DNA of 64,000 nucleotides, taken from positions 2,025 through 66,024 of the forward strand of contig CAZMCO010000001.1 of assembly GCA_964565215.1 (NCBI GenBank), in the 5' to 3' direction. The position numbers and the translations under genes are program-made. The notes beneath the pieces were generated by a model. That model ran no database searches and was not told where the DNA came from. It saw only the letters and a program-made list of their open reading frames with translations. This document shows, piece by piece, positions 36,152-45,295 of the stretch (positions are counted from its first letter, which is position 1; the number at the start of each line of letters is the position of its first letter). The stretch is from an uncultured Candidatus Saccharibacteria bacterium. GTDB lineage: Bacteria; Patescibacteriota; Minisyncoccia; Portnoybacterales; UBA2143.

Positions 36152-37249
36152 ATGCCAACCACCCAAACATTTAAAGCAATTTATTTTCCTGATTTTAAAG
36201 AAGTAAATCCTAAATCAAAGGGTTTGATTTTAGCTTTCGGCGAAAAAAACAAAGATCTATACAAAAATATCGCCGATTTGGAAAGTAATGAAATTAGGAA
36301 TTTGCTTGGAACTGATTCATATATTGAACTCGAACAACGGGCTAAAGAAGAAGGTTTGCCAGTAAATACTTATTGTCTTTGGTATTTGCGGAAAAATGTA
36401 TTTGCTGAAGAGGAAATAATCAACAATAACGATTCAAAAGAAAAACCTATCTCCCATTTCTCTAATAATGTAATTGAAGGTGATTGTTTAGAGGTTATGA
36501 AAGAAATTCCGCCAAAATCAATCGATATGATTTTATGTGATTTGCCCTATGGCACTACTCAAAATAGTTGGGATAGTCTTATTCCGCTTGATCTGCTTTG
36601 GGAGCAATATGAACGTATTATTAAAGATCAAGGCGTTATTGCTCTAACTGCACAAGGTTTATTTACTGCAAATCTATCTTTGTCAAATCCAAGATTATTT
36701 AAATATAAGATTACTTGGGTAAAATCAAAGCCAACCAATTTCCTTAATGCCAAAAAGCAACCATTACGTAAACATGAGGATATTTGTATTTTTTACAAAA
36801 AACAGCCTGAATATAATCCACAAATGACTTATGGCGAACCTTATAATAAAGGATTCCGAAAAGATCAATTAACTGGAAGTTATGGTGATTTTAAAACCGT
36901 AGAAGTAAAAAGCAATGGCGAAAGATATCCGACCGATGTTATTTATTTTAAAACAGCCGAAAGTGAAGGGGAAGTCTACCATCCTACTCAAAAGCCAGTT
37001 GAGCTTGGCCGTTATTTAATTCGCACCTTTACCAAGACCGATGAGATTGTATTAGATAATACTTGTGGGAGTGGAAGCTTCCTTGTTTCCGCAGTTTTAG
37101 AAGGCAGAAAATTTATTGGCATTGAAAAAAATCAAGAAGTTTATCTTTTCAAAAAACACCGAGTAGATTATATTGATGTTTGCAAACAGAGAATTAAAAA
37201 AGCACAAGAACAATACAAAATAGAAAGCAGTAAAGTAAAGCTTTTCTAA
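36152..37249 (+). CDS. beta-class N6-adenine/N4-cytosine DNA methyltransferase with ~100-aa N-terminal extension
   Basis: Motif IV DLPYG (a DPPY variant) at ~aa 130, HPTQKP at ~aa 270, and motif I LDNTCGSGSF after that; the order IV before I defines beta class. Confidence 0.85.
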   Translation: MPTTQTFKAIYFPDFKEVNPKSKGLILAFGEKNKDLYKNIADLESNEIRNLLGTDSYIELEQRAKEEGLPVNTYCLWYLRKNVFAEEEIINNNDSKEKPISHFSNNVIEGDCLEVMKEIPPKSIDMILCDLPYGTTQNSWDSLIPLDLLWEQYERIIKDQGVIALTAQGLFTANLSLSNPRLFKYKITWVKSKPTNFLNAKKQPLRKHEDICIFYKKQPEYNPQMTYGEPYNKGFRKDQLTGSYGDFKTVEVKSNGERYPTDVIYFKTAESEGEVYHPTQKPVELGRYLIRTFTKTDEIVLDNTCGSGSFLVSAVLEGRKFIGIEKNQEVYLFKKHRVDYIDVCKQRIKKAQEQYKIESSKVKLF

Positions 37250-38163
37250 ATCCCGCTATATGGTTCTTCCTGTAATATTTTTCTGGCTTCTTCTATTTCA
37301 TCCTCACTTAAAATTCCTTTCTCTTTTAGCCAATTTAATAAATGAAAATATTGGTTTGAATGCAAAATCGGCTTTACGATTTTACTAAGGCCGGTTTCTT
37401 TTTTTATAAATTCAAGATGTTTTTGCGACAGTATACCTCTGCCAATTAAATCGTAAGCGATTCTTAATGCATCAACAGAGGTTAAATTTAAATCGCCAAT
37501 GTGGTTTTTGTCTTTTTTAACATCTGTTTGTTCAATTTCTAAAAGATCTTTTATTTTACTCAAACCGTTTAGATTTCGATTATAAAACTCAATCTCTTGA
37601 CCACGGTAAGTAAACCAGGTTCGTCCTTGCTCTGTAAGAGAGCCGCGTGGCAAATAAACGCCTTCGCGCGCTACTCTTTTCTTTGAAGCCCAACCGCAAA
37701 TATAAAGTGTCCATTTTCTTTGTCTGGCAGTTCCTGGAAGTTCTCTATTTTTAGGTGTTTCAAGATGAGTCATTAAATAAATATCTGTATCAAGTTGTTC
37801 GTCATAAATCTGCCTGGCAAAAAAATTATGTTTTGCTTCTCTTGTGATACCATCGTTGCTTTCGTATTCCTCTTTGAAAGGCAAAGCTCCGCCTCTACAT
37901 TTTACATCTAATTTTACACCAGATGATAGTAAAATATCATAGCCCAAAGGATGATCTTCGGGATTAACTTCTGGCATTCCCAATTTATTCCTGATAACCA
38001 TCTCTGCCAAAGCTCCAAATCCTTGTTCTTCTTTACTGCCTCGTTCTGCACCAGTTATATTTTGATTTTTGGTAATATATTCTGCGGCTTTTTGTCTCAA
38101 ATCAAAACCAAGCTCATCGGTAAGCTTTATGGTAATTGGTTTTGGATGATGATATTTATACAT
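37246..38163 (-). CDS. PD-(D/E)xK-type nuclease, candidate cognate restriction endonuclease
   Basis: GYD-x9-LDVK core preceded by acidic residues. Convergent with the methyltransferase, and the two stop codons overlap (tTAa). Confidence 0.45.
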   Translation of the reverse strand: MYKYHHPKPITIKLTDELGFDLRQKAAEYITKNQNITGAERGSKEEQGFGALAEMVIRNKLGMPEVNPEDHPLGYDILLSSGVKLDVKCRGGALPFKEEYESNDGITREAKHNFFARQIYDEQLDTDIYLMTHLETPKNRELPGTARQRKWTLYICGWASKKRVAREGVYLPRGSLTEQGRTWFTYRGQEIEFYNRNLNGLSKIKDLLEIEQTDVKKDKNHIGDLNLTSVDALRIAYDLIGRGILSQKHLEFIKKETGLSKIVKPILHSNQYFHLLNWLKEKGILSEDEIEEARKILQEEPYSGI

Positions 38164-38189
38164 AATTTAAAAAAGTTCGAAATTGGACG

Positions 38190-38280
<91 letters not shown>

Positions 38281-38353
38281 TTATTGCCTAAACTACCATA
38301 TTTTAAGACCTTTGGTCAAATAAAATAGCCGCTTGAGACGACTATTTTTTTTG

Positions 38354-38427
38354 TGGGCGGTGGAGGACTCGAACCCCCGACCTCTTCAGTGTAAATGAAG
38401 CACTCTAACCAACTGAGCTAACCGCCC
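38354..38427 (-). tRNA. tRNA-Val (anticodon TAC)
   Basis: Manual fold: anticodon arm CTTCA-TTTACAC-TGAAG and A73. Confidence 0.75.
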
Positions 38428-38489
38428 ATAATAGAATTTATTCTACCAGAAATTTTTTAAAAAAGCCAGTTTTCTGATATAATTTATAT

Positions 38490-39686
38490 ATGTTTCCGTC
38501 ATTAGAAAAAAAATATTTTGATGTGCCTTTAACTCATGGTTTTGTTTCTCTATATACTGGTAAGGCCATTATCATGATTGCTTCAGCTCTTTTGGGTATA
38601 TTTTTGCCGATTTTTTTATATGAACTTTTTAATCAGAGTTTTCGAGCCGTAGTTATTTATTATGGATTGGGTTATTTTTTCTATGGTTTAACTGTAGCTC
38701 TGGGCGGAAAATTTTTAAATAAATTTGGTTTTAGAAGGGCCTTACGGGTTAGTGTTTTTCTAGGTGCTTTATTCTACGTTATTTTTTATTTTATTGACCA
38801 GGGTAATCTCAAATATCTAATTCCTTTTTCTATTATTGTTCTAACTTTCTATCGTTTATCTTATTGGTTGCCTTATCATATTGATTTTGCTAAATTTACT
38901 GACAAAAAAGACAGAGGTCGACAAGTTGGTGTGGTTGAGGCGACCCGCTCTGCCTTCCAAGTCTTTGCTCCTTTAATTGCTGGTTTTATTGTGCTTCGCT
39001 TTAGCTTTGATGTTCTTTTTGTTATTACCATTATTCTTTTTTTTACTTCGGGTATTCCTTATTTAACTATTCCGCTGACTCGGGAAAAATTTAGCTGGAC
39101 TTTGAAAGAAACTTGGCAGCAATTTTTTTCAAGAAGAAGAAGGAAAATGGTCTTAGCCTATATGGCCTTTGGGGCAGAGAATGTCATTACTTTAGTTGTC
39201 TGGCCAATTTTTATTTACCAGCTTTTAAAAGGAAATTATTTTAATATAGGAGCGATATCTACTTTAATTATTGGAACAACTGTCATTATCCAACTTATTT
39301 TAGGTAGATATATTGATTTAAAAACTTCTAAAGAAAGAGTTTTGGGCTGGGGGAGTTTCTTTTATTCTTTGGGCTGGCTGATTAAAATTTTCATTACTAC
39401 TGCTTTTCAGATTTTTGTGGTTGGTACTTATCATAGTCTAGCTTATATTTTTTTCCGGACTCCTTTCGATGCTTTAAGTTATGAAATATCAGCTGACCAG
39501 GGGCACTATGTAGATGAATTTACTGTCTTGCGCGAAATGGCCTCTATGTTTGGCAGGAGTTTAATGGTTATTTTAGTTATTTTGGTTTCTTTTTATTTTT
39601 CCATCCAATGGATTTTTATCTTAGCGGCTCTAGCGGCTGTTATTGTTAATTTACTTAGAAGAGTAAAGCAAGAAAGATTTGTTTAA
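38490..39686 (+). CDS. polytopic membrane protein, MFS-transporter-like
   Basis: About 12 predicted TM helices in two 6-helix halves. Confidence 0.45.
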   Translation: MFPSLEKKYFDVPLTHGFVSLYTGKAIIMIASALLGIFLPIFLYELFNQSFRAVVIYYGLGYFFYGLTVALGGKFLNKFGFRRALRVSVFLGALFYVIFYFIDQGNLKYLIPFSIIVLTFYRLSYWLPYHIDFAKFTDKKDRGRQVGVVEATRSAFQVFAPLIAGFIVLRFSFDVLFVITIILFFTSGIPYLTIPLTREKFSWTLKETWQQFFSRRRRKMVLAYMAFGAENVITLVVWPIFIYQLLKGNYFNIGAISTLIIGTTVIIQLILGRYIDLKTSKERVLGWGSFFYSLGWLIKIFITTAFQIFVVGTYHSLAYIFFRTPFDALSYEISADQGHYVDEFTVLREMASMFGRSLMVILVILVSFYFSIQWIFILAALAAVIVNLLRRVKQERFV

Positions 39687-39695
39687 TTATCAAAC

Positions 39696-39724
39696 AAAAA
39701 TCACCCATCTGGGGTGATTTTTTA
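39696..39724. terminator. bidirectional terminator (aaaatcaccc-atct-gggtgatttt)
   Basis: Perfect 10-bp stem flanked by A and T runs. It abuts the 3' end of tRNA-Leu(GAG). Confidence 0.7.
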
Positions 39725-39811
39725 TGGTGCCCAGGGCGGGACTCGAACCCGCATGCCCCGAAAGGCACAGCTCCTCAAGCTGCTGTGTATACCGAATTCC
39801 ACCACCTGGGC
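39725..39811 (-). tRNA. tRNA-Leu (anticodon GAG), CCA encoded
   Basis: Manual fold: anticodon arm GCAGC-TTGAGGA-GCTGT with one G-U pair, and a long variable arm. Confidence 0.75.
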
Positions 39812-39812
39812 T

Positions 39813-40169
39813 TTATTTTTTTTGTTTGGCAATAATTTCCTTGAGCCGAGCTTCTTTAGCTGATTTCTGGCGAATATAGTAAAGTTTAGCTCGCCGGACT
39901 TTGTGTTTTTTGACTACTTCTATTTTTTCAATAGTCGGTGAATGAATTGGGAAGATTCTTTCAATGCCAACTCCTTGGCTGATTTTCCTGACAGTGATAG
40001 TGGAATTAATCCCTCGGCCATGTTTTCGGGCAATAACCAAACCTTCAAAGACTTGAATTCTCTCTTTGTCGCCTTCTTTGATTTTTTGATGAACCCGGAC
40101 TGTATAGCCGGATCTAATTTCGGGAATCTTCTTTAATTGTTTTTTATTAAATGAATCAAGTTTGTCCAT
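39813..40169 (-). CDS. rplS: ribosomal protein L19
   Basis: ...[31 protein letters not shown]...TVRKIS.G.G.ER.F matches the L19 family. Confidence 0.9.
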   Translation of the reverse strand: MDKLDSFNKKQLKKIPEIRSGYTVRVHQKIKEGDKERIQVFEGLVIARKHGRGINSTITVRKISQGVGIERIFPIHSPTIEKIEVVKKHKVRRAKLYYIRQKSAKEARLKEIIAKQKK

Positions 40170-40822
40170 AAATCTTTGGCTAATTCTGATTTGAATTTAA
40201 CTAGTTTACCATTAGGCAGACGAAATTTCAAGTAAGCCGCATGGAGAAATTGTCTTTTTAAACCAACTAATTCCGGCTGTCTTTTAAATTTATATTGTTT
40301 ATCTCCAGCAATCGGATGACCAATTGAAGCCAAATGGACTCTAATTTGATGAGTCCGGCCGGTTTTAATCCTGACTTCTAGCAAAGTATAATCCTTAAAT
40401 CTTTTTAAAATCTTATATTCAGTCCAAGCCTTTTTAGCTTTTTCATCTAGTAAGGCGCTTCTTTTTTTATGGTCTTTTTTAGATAAACTGATGGCTTTAG
40501 TAATTGTCCCTTTTTTATCTTTAACCTGGCCAATGACTAAAGCTAAATATTTTTTAATAACTTTTCTTTCTTGGAATTGCTTTTTTAAATATTCAAAAGC
40601 AGAATTATTTTTAGCTATTATTATTAAACCAGAGGTATCTTTATCTAAACGATGAACAATGCCCGGCCGTAAAGAATCATCGCCAACATCTTTTATTTTT
40701 GGACAATAAGAGAGTATTTGATTAACTAAAGTATTCTTCGTTGATTTATTAACGGGGTGAACTAATAAACCAGCTGGTTTGTCAATGACAAGAATATCAT
40801 TATCTTCGAAGATGACTTTCAT
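40133..40822 (-). CDS. RluA-family pseudouridine synthase
   Basis: [10 protein letters not shown] catalytic Asp motif. I set the start at ATG 40822 (MKVIFED...) because the longer TTG-start ORF in the track runs through tRNA-Ala. Confidence 0.85.
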   Translation of the reverse strand: MKVIFEDNDILVIDKPAGLLVHPVNKSTKNTLVNQILSYCPKIKDVGDDSLRPGIVHRLDKDTSGLIIIAKNNSAFEYLKKQFQERKVIKKYLALVIGQVKDKKGTITKAISLSKKDHKKRSALLDEKAKKAWTEYKILKRFKDYTLLEVRIKTGRTHQIRVHLASIGHPIAGDKQYKFKRQPELVGLKRQFLHAAYLKFRLPNGKLVKFKSELAKDLWTNLIHLIKNN

Positions 40823-40823
40823 G

Positions 40824-40895
40824 TGGACCAGGTGGGAATCGGACCCACGACCTTCTCTGTGCAAAAGAGATATTCTACCACTGAACTACTGGCCC
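40824..40895 (-). tRNA. tRNA-Ala (anticodon TGC)
   Basis: Manual fold: G3:U70 pair present, anticodon arm TCTCT-TTTGCAC-AGAGA. Confidence 0.75.
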
Positions 40896-40915
40896 TGGCT
40901 AAATATATATTTTAG

Positions 40916-40989
40916 TGGGCGGTAGAGGACTCGAACCTCTGACCTCGTCGATGTCAACGACGCACTCTAACCAGCTGAGCTAACCGCCC
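40916..40989 (-). tRNA. tRNA-Val (anticodon GAC)
   Basis: Manual fold: anticodon arm CGTCG-TTGACAT-CGACG. Confidence 0.8.
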
Positions 40990-40990
40990 T

Positions 40991-41065
40991 TGGTGGGCGT
41001 GCCAGGATTCGAACCTGGGACCTTGGCCTTATAAGAGCCCTGCTCTGCCACTGAGCTACACGCCC
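40991..41065 (-). tRNA. tRNA-Ile (anticodon TAT / UAU), CCA encoded
   Basis: Manual fold: acceptor GGGCGTG/CACGCCC, A73, and anticodon arm GGGCT-CTTATAA-GGCCA, so positions 34-36 read TAT. Confidence 0.55.
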
Positions 41066-41111
41066 AAAACGTTATTATTCTATCTAATTTTAATCATTTG
41101 GTCAATCTTTT

Positions 41112-41158
41112 TTAAAAAATGAGGCGATGGTTTTTTATTGTACCATCGCCTCTTGTTT
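41112..41158 (-). terminator. rho-independent terminator downstream of the HAD hydrolase gene
   Basis: gaggcgatggt...accatcgcctc 11-bp stem flanked by A/T runs. Confidence 0.65.
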
Positions 41159-41825
41159 AAAGCCCTAGGAAACTTGGTAAATCAGCAATTGATTCTATAA
41201 TATTCTGGGCACCTGCTTCTTTAAATTCTTTTTCGGTGGCTGCTCCGGTGGGAACGCCGATGAATTCAATTTGGGCTGCTTGAGTGGCTTGTAAGTCATA
41301 TAGAGTGTCGGCTACATACACGAGATTTTCTTTGGTAATGCCGATCCGTTCGAATTTTTCAAGAGTAGGTCTAAATGTTTTTAGTTCTGGTCCCTGAAGG
41401 CTGTAACCATTCGGTGCCTGAATAAAGAAAAAAATATCAGAAGGAATAGCCGTATTATCTAGATGCAAAGTAAGAGTTTCTTGATCACGGCTGGTAAGTA
41501 GAGAAATCAATAGACCGACTTCCTTTAATTTGGCTAGAGAAAAGAGAGTATCAGGGAAAAGGAGATATCTGTTTTTGACGCCTGATTTCATATAATCTCT
41601 AACGTATTCCTCCATAAAGCTCTTGGCAATTGAGATGGGCCAAATAGCCTTAATTACATTTGCCCAAGGAAGTCCCCATAATTGCCTTAGTTGCTCATAG
41701 TCAGGCACTGGATATCCTTTAAGTTGGGCAAATCTTTGGTGTTCCTGGATACTTCGTTCGGTGGAATCAATGATCACCCCGTCAAAGTCCAAAATCAGTC
41801 CTTTAGTAGATCTTTTCAGATTCAT
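41157..41825 (-). CDS. HAD-superfamily hydrolase (subfamily IA, phosphatase/beta-PGM-like)
   Basis: LILDFDGVIIDS motif I, motif II T, and a C-terminal DD. Confidence 0.8.
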   Translation of the reverse strand: MNLKRSTKGLILDFDGVIIDSTERSIQEHQRFAQLKGYPVPDYEQLRQLWGLPWANVIKAIWPISIAKSFMEEYVRDYMKSGVKNRYLLFPDTLFSLAKLKEVGLLISLLTSRDQETLTLHLDNTAIPSDIFFFIQAPNGYSLQGPELKTFRPTLEKFERIGITKENLVYVADTLYDLQATQAAQIEFIGVPTGAATEKEFKEAGAQNIIESIADLPSFLGL

Positions 41826-41864
41826 TAACCTCTCCTTTCGTTACAGTTTTTGTTAAGGGTCTAA

Positions 41865-43688
41865 TTAAACTTTCTTCTTCATCAAGCTGGCAAATTCTTT
41901 TCGTTCAATGGTTTCTTTTTTGATTAGCGTTTTGGCTATTTGGTCTAATTTTTTTCTCTTTTCAGTGAGGATTTTTTTGGCTGTTCGATAAGCATTATCA
42001 ATAAACTTAGCTACTTCTTTATCAATTTGGGCAGCTACTTCTTCAGAATAATCTTTTGCCGTGGCAATTTCCCGGCCCAAGAAAACTAATTCTTCTTTGC
42101 CGCCAAAAGTTACCGGGCCTAATTTTTCACTCATACCGTATTTTGTCACTAAGCGCCTGGCTAATTCAGTCGCTTTTAGTAAATCACTGGACGCGCCAGT
42201 GGTTAATTCGTTAAAGACCAATTCTTCGGCCACATAACCGCCTATTAAAACAGCTAATTCATCTATGAATTCAGAGCGGCTGTGAAGATGTCTATCTTCA
42301 ATAGGTAATTTAAGAGTATAACCAGCTGCTTCCCCGCGGGCAATAATGGAAACCTTTTGGACTGGATCAGTGTGAGTTAAAGAGGAAATGATTAAAGCAT
42401 GACCTGCTTCGTGGTAAGCAGCAATTTCTTTTTCTTTTTTGGAGAGAATATGGCTTTTCCTTTCTGGTCCTAAAAGGACTTTTTCAATACATTCGCGTAG
42501 TTCGTCTTGGTTAATTTTTTTCTTATTGCGCCGGGCGGCTAAGATAGCCGCTTCATTAACTAAATTAGCTAAATCAGCTCCTGAAAAACCAGGTGTTCTT
42601 TCAGCAATTTCCCGCAGGTTAACCTTTTCTTCTAAAGGTTTATTTCTGGCATGGATTTTAAGAATGTGTTCTCGATCTTTTAAATCAGGCAGATTTAAAA
42701 TAATTCTTCGGTCAAAGCGACCTGGCCGCAAAAGAGCTGGATCAAGAACGTCAGGCCGATTAGTGGCTGAAATTAATATAATCCCCGTATTTGGATCAAA
42801 ACCATCCATCTCCACTAAAATCTGATTTAAGGTTTGTTCTCTTTCATCATGGCCGCCGCCTAAACCAGCTCCTCGCTGCCGGCCAATCGCATCAAGCTCG
42901 TCAATAAAAATCAAAGCCGGCGCGTTCTTCTTGGCTGTATTAAATAAATCTCTTACTCTACTAGAACCGACTCCGACAAACATTTCGACGAACTCTGAAC
43001 CAGAGACACTAAAGAAAGGAACGCTGGCTTCCGAAGCGATGGCCCGAGCAAGAAGGGTCTTACCTGTGCCCGGGGCTCCAACCAGCAAAACCCCTTTAGG
43101 AATTTTAGCTCCTAAATTAACGAATTTTTTAGGGTTTTTTAGAAATTCAACTATTTCTTCTAATTCTTCTTTAGCTTCTTTAAGGCCAGCTACATCTTTA
43201 AAGGTAACTCTGTCTTTTTTATCTTTAGGACTAAATAGACGAGCTCGCGAGCGACCAAAGCTAAAGGCCTGCATTTGACCGCGCTGGGCTCCCCGAAACA
43301 TAAACCAGAAGAAAAAACCAATAATCAATAAAGGTAAAAGAAAAGGCAGAATAGCTCCTAACCAAAAAGCGAGACCGCTTTTTTCTTTTATTTCTAAATT
43401 AACTAATTTAAGCTTTTCTGAATCAAGGCCGTAATTTTTCAAGGATTCGGTTAAAGAGGCCTCTTTTTCTTTAGTCGCTTTTTCATTAGAACCATCTTTT
43501 AATTCAATTTCCAATAGATCGCCTTTAATGACAATTTTTGAAACATTTTCTTGATTGATTTGCTCGACTAATTGACTCAAAGAGACCTCGTCTGGTTTTT
43601 CAGCTGGCCTACTAAGTAAAGTGAAAAATCCGGCAATGGTTAAAAAAGCCAGAAAAGCAATAAGTAAGTTTTTGAGAAGGTATTTCAT
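41865..43688 (-). CDS. ftsH: ATP-dependent zinc metalloprotease FtsH
   Basis: N-terminal TM pair, an AAA+ domain ([11 protein letters not shown]) and an HEAGH zinc site. Confidence 0.95.
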   Translation of the reverse strand: MKYLLKNLLIAFLAFLTIAGFFTLLSRPAEKPDEVSLSQLVEQINQENVSKIVIKGDLLEIELKDGSNEKATKEKEASLTESLKNYGLDSEKLKLVNLEIKEKSGLAFWLGAILPFLLPLLIIGFFFWFMFRGAQRGQMQAFSFGRSRARLFSPKDKKDRVTFKDVAGLKEAKEELEEIVEFLKNPKKFVNLGAKIPKGVLLVGAPGTGKTLLARAIASEASVPFFSVSGSEFVEMFVGVGSSRVRDLFNTAKKNAPALIFIDELDAIGRQRGAGLGGGHDEREQTLNQILVEMDGFDPNTGIILISATNRPDVLDPALLRPGRFDRRIILNLPDLKDREHILKIHARNKPLEEKVNLREIAERTPGFSGADLANLVNEAAILAARRNKKKINQDELRECIEKVLLGPERKSHILSKKEKEIAAYHEAGHALIISSLTHTDPVQKVSIIARGEAAGYTLKLPIEDRHLHSRSEFIDELAVLIGGYVAEELVFNELTTGASSDLLKATELARRLVTKYGMSEKLGPVTFGGKEELVFLGREIATAKDYSEEVAAQIDKEVAKFIDNAYRTAKKILTEKRKKLDQIAKTLIKKETIERKEFASLMKKKV

Positions 43689-43689
43689 A

Positions 43690-44274
43690 TTAGGTCAAAT
43701 CCTTAGCTTTTTCTGAAACAATTAATTTATCTGTTTTTTGATCTAAATCAATAATTTTAACTTTCATTTCTTGGCCGACAAATTTATTAAGTTGATCAAG
43801 AATTTTCTCTTTGTCGCCGTCTTCTACCCGAGGATAATTTTTGTTAGATAATTGGGAAACTGGTAGAAAACCGGATAAACCAGATGATTTAATAATTAAT
43901 CCCCCTCGATTAGCTTCAATTACTTTAACTACGATTACCTTGCCAGTTTGTTTTTTTTCTTTAATAGTCAGCCAAGCTTTTTCTAAATTAGCTTCTCTTA
44001 GAGAAAGTTCGACATAACCGTCTTCATTTTCTGGGTCTAAAACTAGAGCAGAGACATTTTGACCAATTTTTAAATCTTTGAGGATATCTTTATCTTCTCG
44101 TAATTCACCACCATAAACAATGCCAGTACCTAAGGGACCTAGGTCTAAAATAAGGGCATTTTTGCTTATTTTAATAAGACGACCTTCAACTAAATCTCCT
44201 AACTGAGGCAAGTGAGGCACTTGTTTATCTTTTATTAATAATTCTTTTAATGAATTTGATTCTTTTTTAGTCAT
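43690..44274 (-). CDS. S1 RNA-binding domain protein (two S1-like repeats)
   Basis: GDLVEGRL...I.LG and a second G..V.V.V...R.GL S1 pattern. Confidence 0.55.
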   Translation of the reverse strand: MTKKESNSLKELLIKDKQVPHLPQLGDLVEGRLIKISKNALILDLGPLGTGIVYGGELREDKDILKDLKIGQNVSALVLDPENEDGYVELSLREANLEKAWLTIKEKKQTGKVIVVKVIEANRGGLIIKSSGLSGFLPVSQLSNKNYPRVEDGDKEKILDQLNKFVGQEMKVKIIDLDQKTDKLIVSEKAKDLT

Positions 44275-44341
44275 GTTTACTCAAAGTATAACCCGAGATT
44301 GTTAGCTTGGCAAGGGAAGGAAGATATGATAGAATAATTAT

Positions 44342-44986
44342 ATGACTATATCTTGGTATGGCCACTCTTGTTTTAAAATTACTAATCAAGGTGGTCATCT
44401 AACTATTATCACTGACCCTTTTGATAAAAGTATTGGCTTAACGCCGCCACGCGGTAACGCTGATATTGTCACTATCTCTCACGATCATTATGATCATAAC
44501 AATGTCAAGGCAATTAGCGGTCAGCCCTTTATTATTAATGGTCCAGGAGAATATGAAATTAAAGGAATTAAGATTGTTGGTTGTTCAAGCTTTCATGATA
44601 AAAAGCAAGGGCAAGAAAGAGGATTAAATACTATTTATTTAATAGAGCTTGATAGAATCAAAATTTGTCATTTAGGCGATTTTGGCCAAGAACGATTAGA
44701 AAACGGACAATTAGAAACAATTGGCCAGGTAGACATTTTAATCATTCCCATTGGCAATACTTATACAATAGGAGCCTCAGAAGCAGTTAAAATAGCTGAA
44801 CAAATTGAACCGCATCTGATTATTCCTATGCATTACAAACTGCCCAATTTAAAAATTGGTTTAGCCGGTTTGGGGGAATTTTTAAAAGAGATGGGGTTAG
44901 AAAAGAAATCAGCTGTTGATAAGCTGACTGTTAAAAAGAAGGACCTGATTGGCAAAGAGATGGAAATAGTCACCTTTAAGTATTAA
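44342..44986 (+). CDS. MBL-fold metal-dependent hydrolase (UPF0173-like)
   Basis: WYGHSCF N-terminus, HDHYDH motif and a C-terminal PMHY. Confidence 0.75.
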   Translation: MTISWYGHSCFKITNQGGHLTIITDPFDKSIGLTPPRGNADIVTISHDHYDHNNVKAISGQPFIINGPGEYEIKGIKIVGCSSFHDKKQGQERGLNTIYLIELDRIKICHLGDFGQERLENGQLETIGQVDILIIPIGNTYTIGASEAVKIAEQIEPHLIIPMHYKLPNLKIGLAGLGEFLKEMGLEKKSAVDKLTVKKKDLIGKEMEIVTFKY

Positions 44987-44990
44987 GCTG

Positions 44991-45293
44991 ATGTCCTTAA
45001 TTAATTTTATCCAAAAAATTCAACGAAAGCCGCGTTATATCCGCCTGCGAGTACTATGGTTGGCTGTTTTTATTTGTATGTTTTTTATTGTCTCTATTTG
45101 GATAGTTTCTTTTAAGAAGGCAGAGGAACCCTTGGAAGAAATAAAAAAGGGAGCGCCTTCCTTAAAAGAGACGCTTAAGGCAAGTATCGGAGCATTCTTT
45201 GAAAAAAATTTAGAAAGCCAAGAGGAAAGCATTGAACAAGTTTCAAAAGAACCAAGAGAAATCAAGCCAGCTAAGCTACCCTTAGCAGAATAA
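44991..45293 (+). CDS. hypothetical membrane-anchored acidic protein
   Basis: A single TM then a low-complexity E/K-rich tail; it lies 3 nt upstream of gyrA. Confidence 0.3.
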   Translation: MSLINFIQKIQRKPRYIRLRVLWLAVFICMFFIVSIWIVSFKKAEEPLEEIKKGAPSLKETLKASIGAFFEKNLESQEESIEQVSKEPREIKPAKLPLAE

Positions 45294-45295
45294 AA

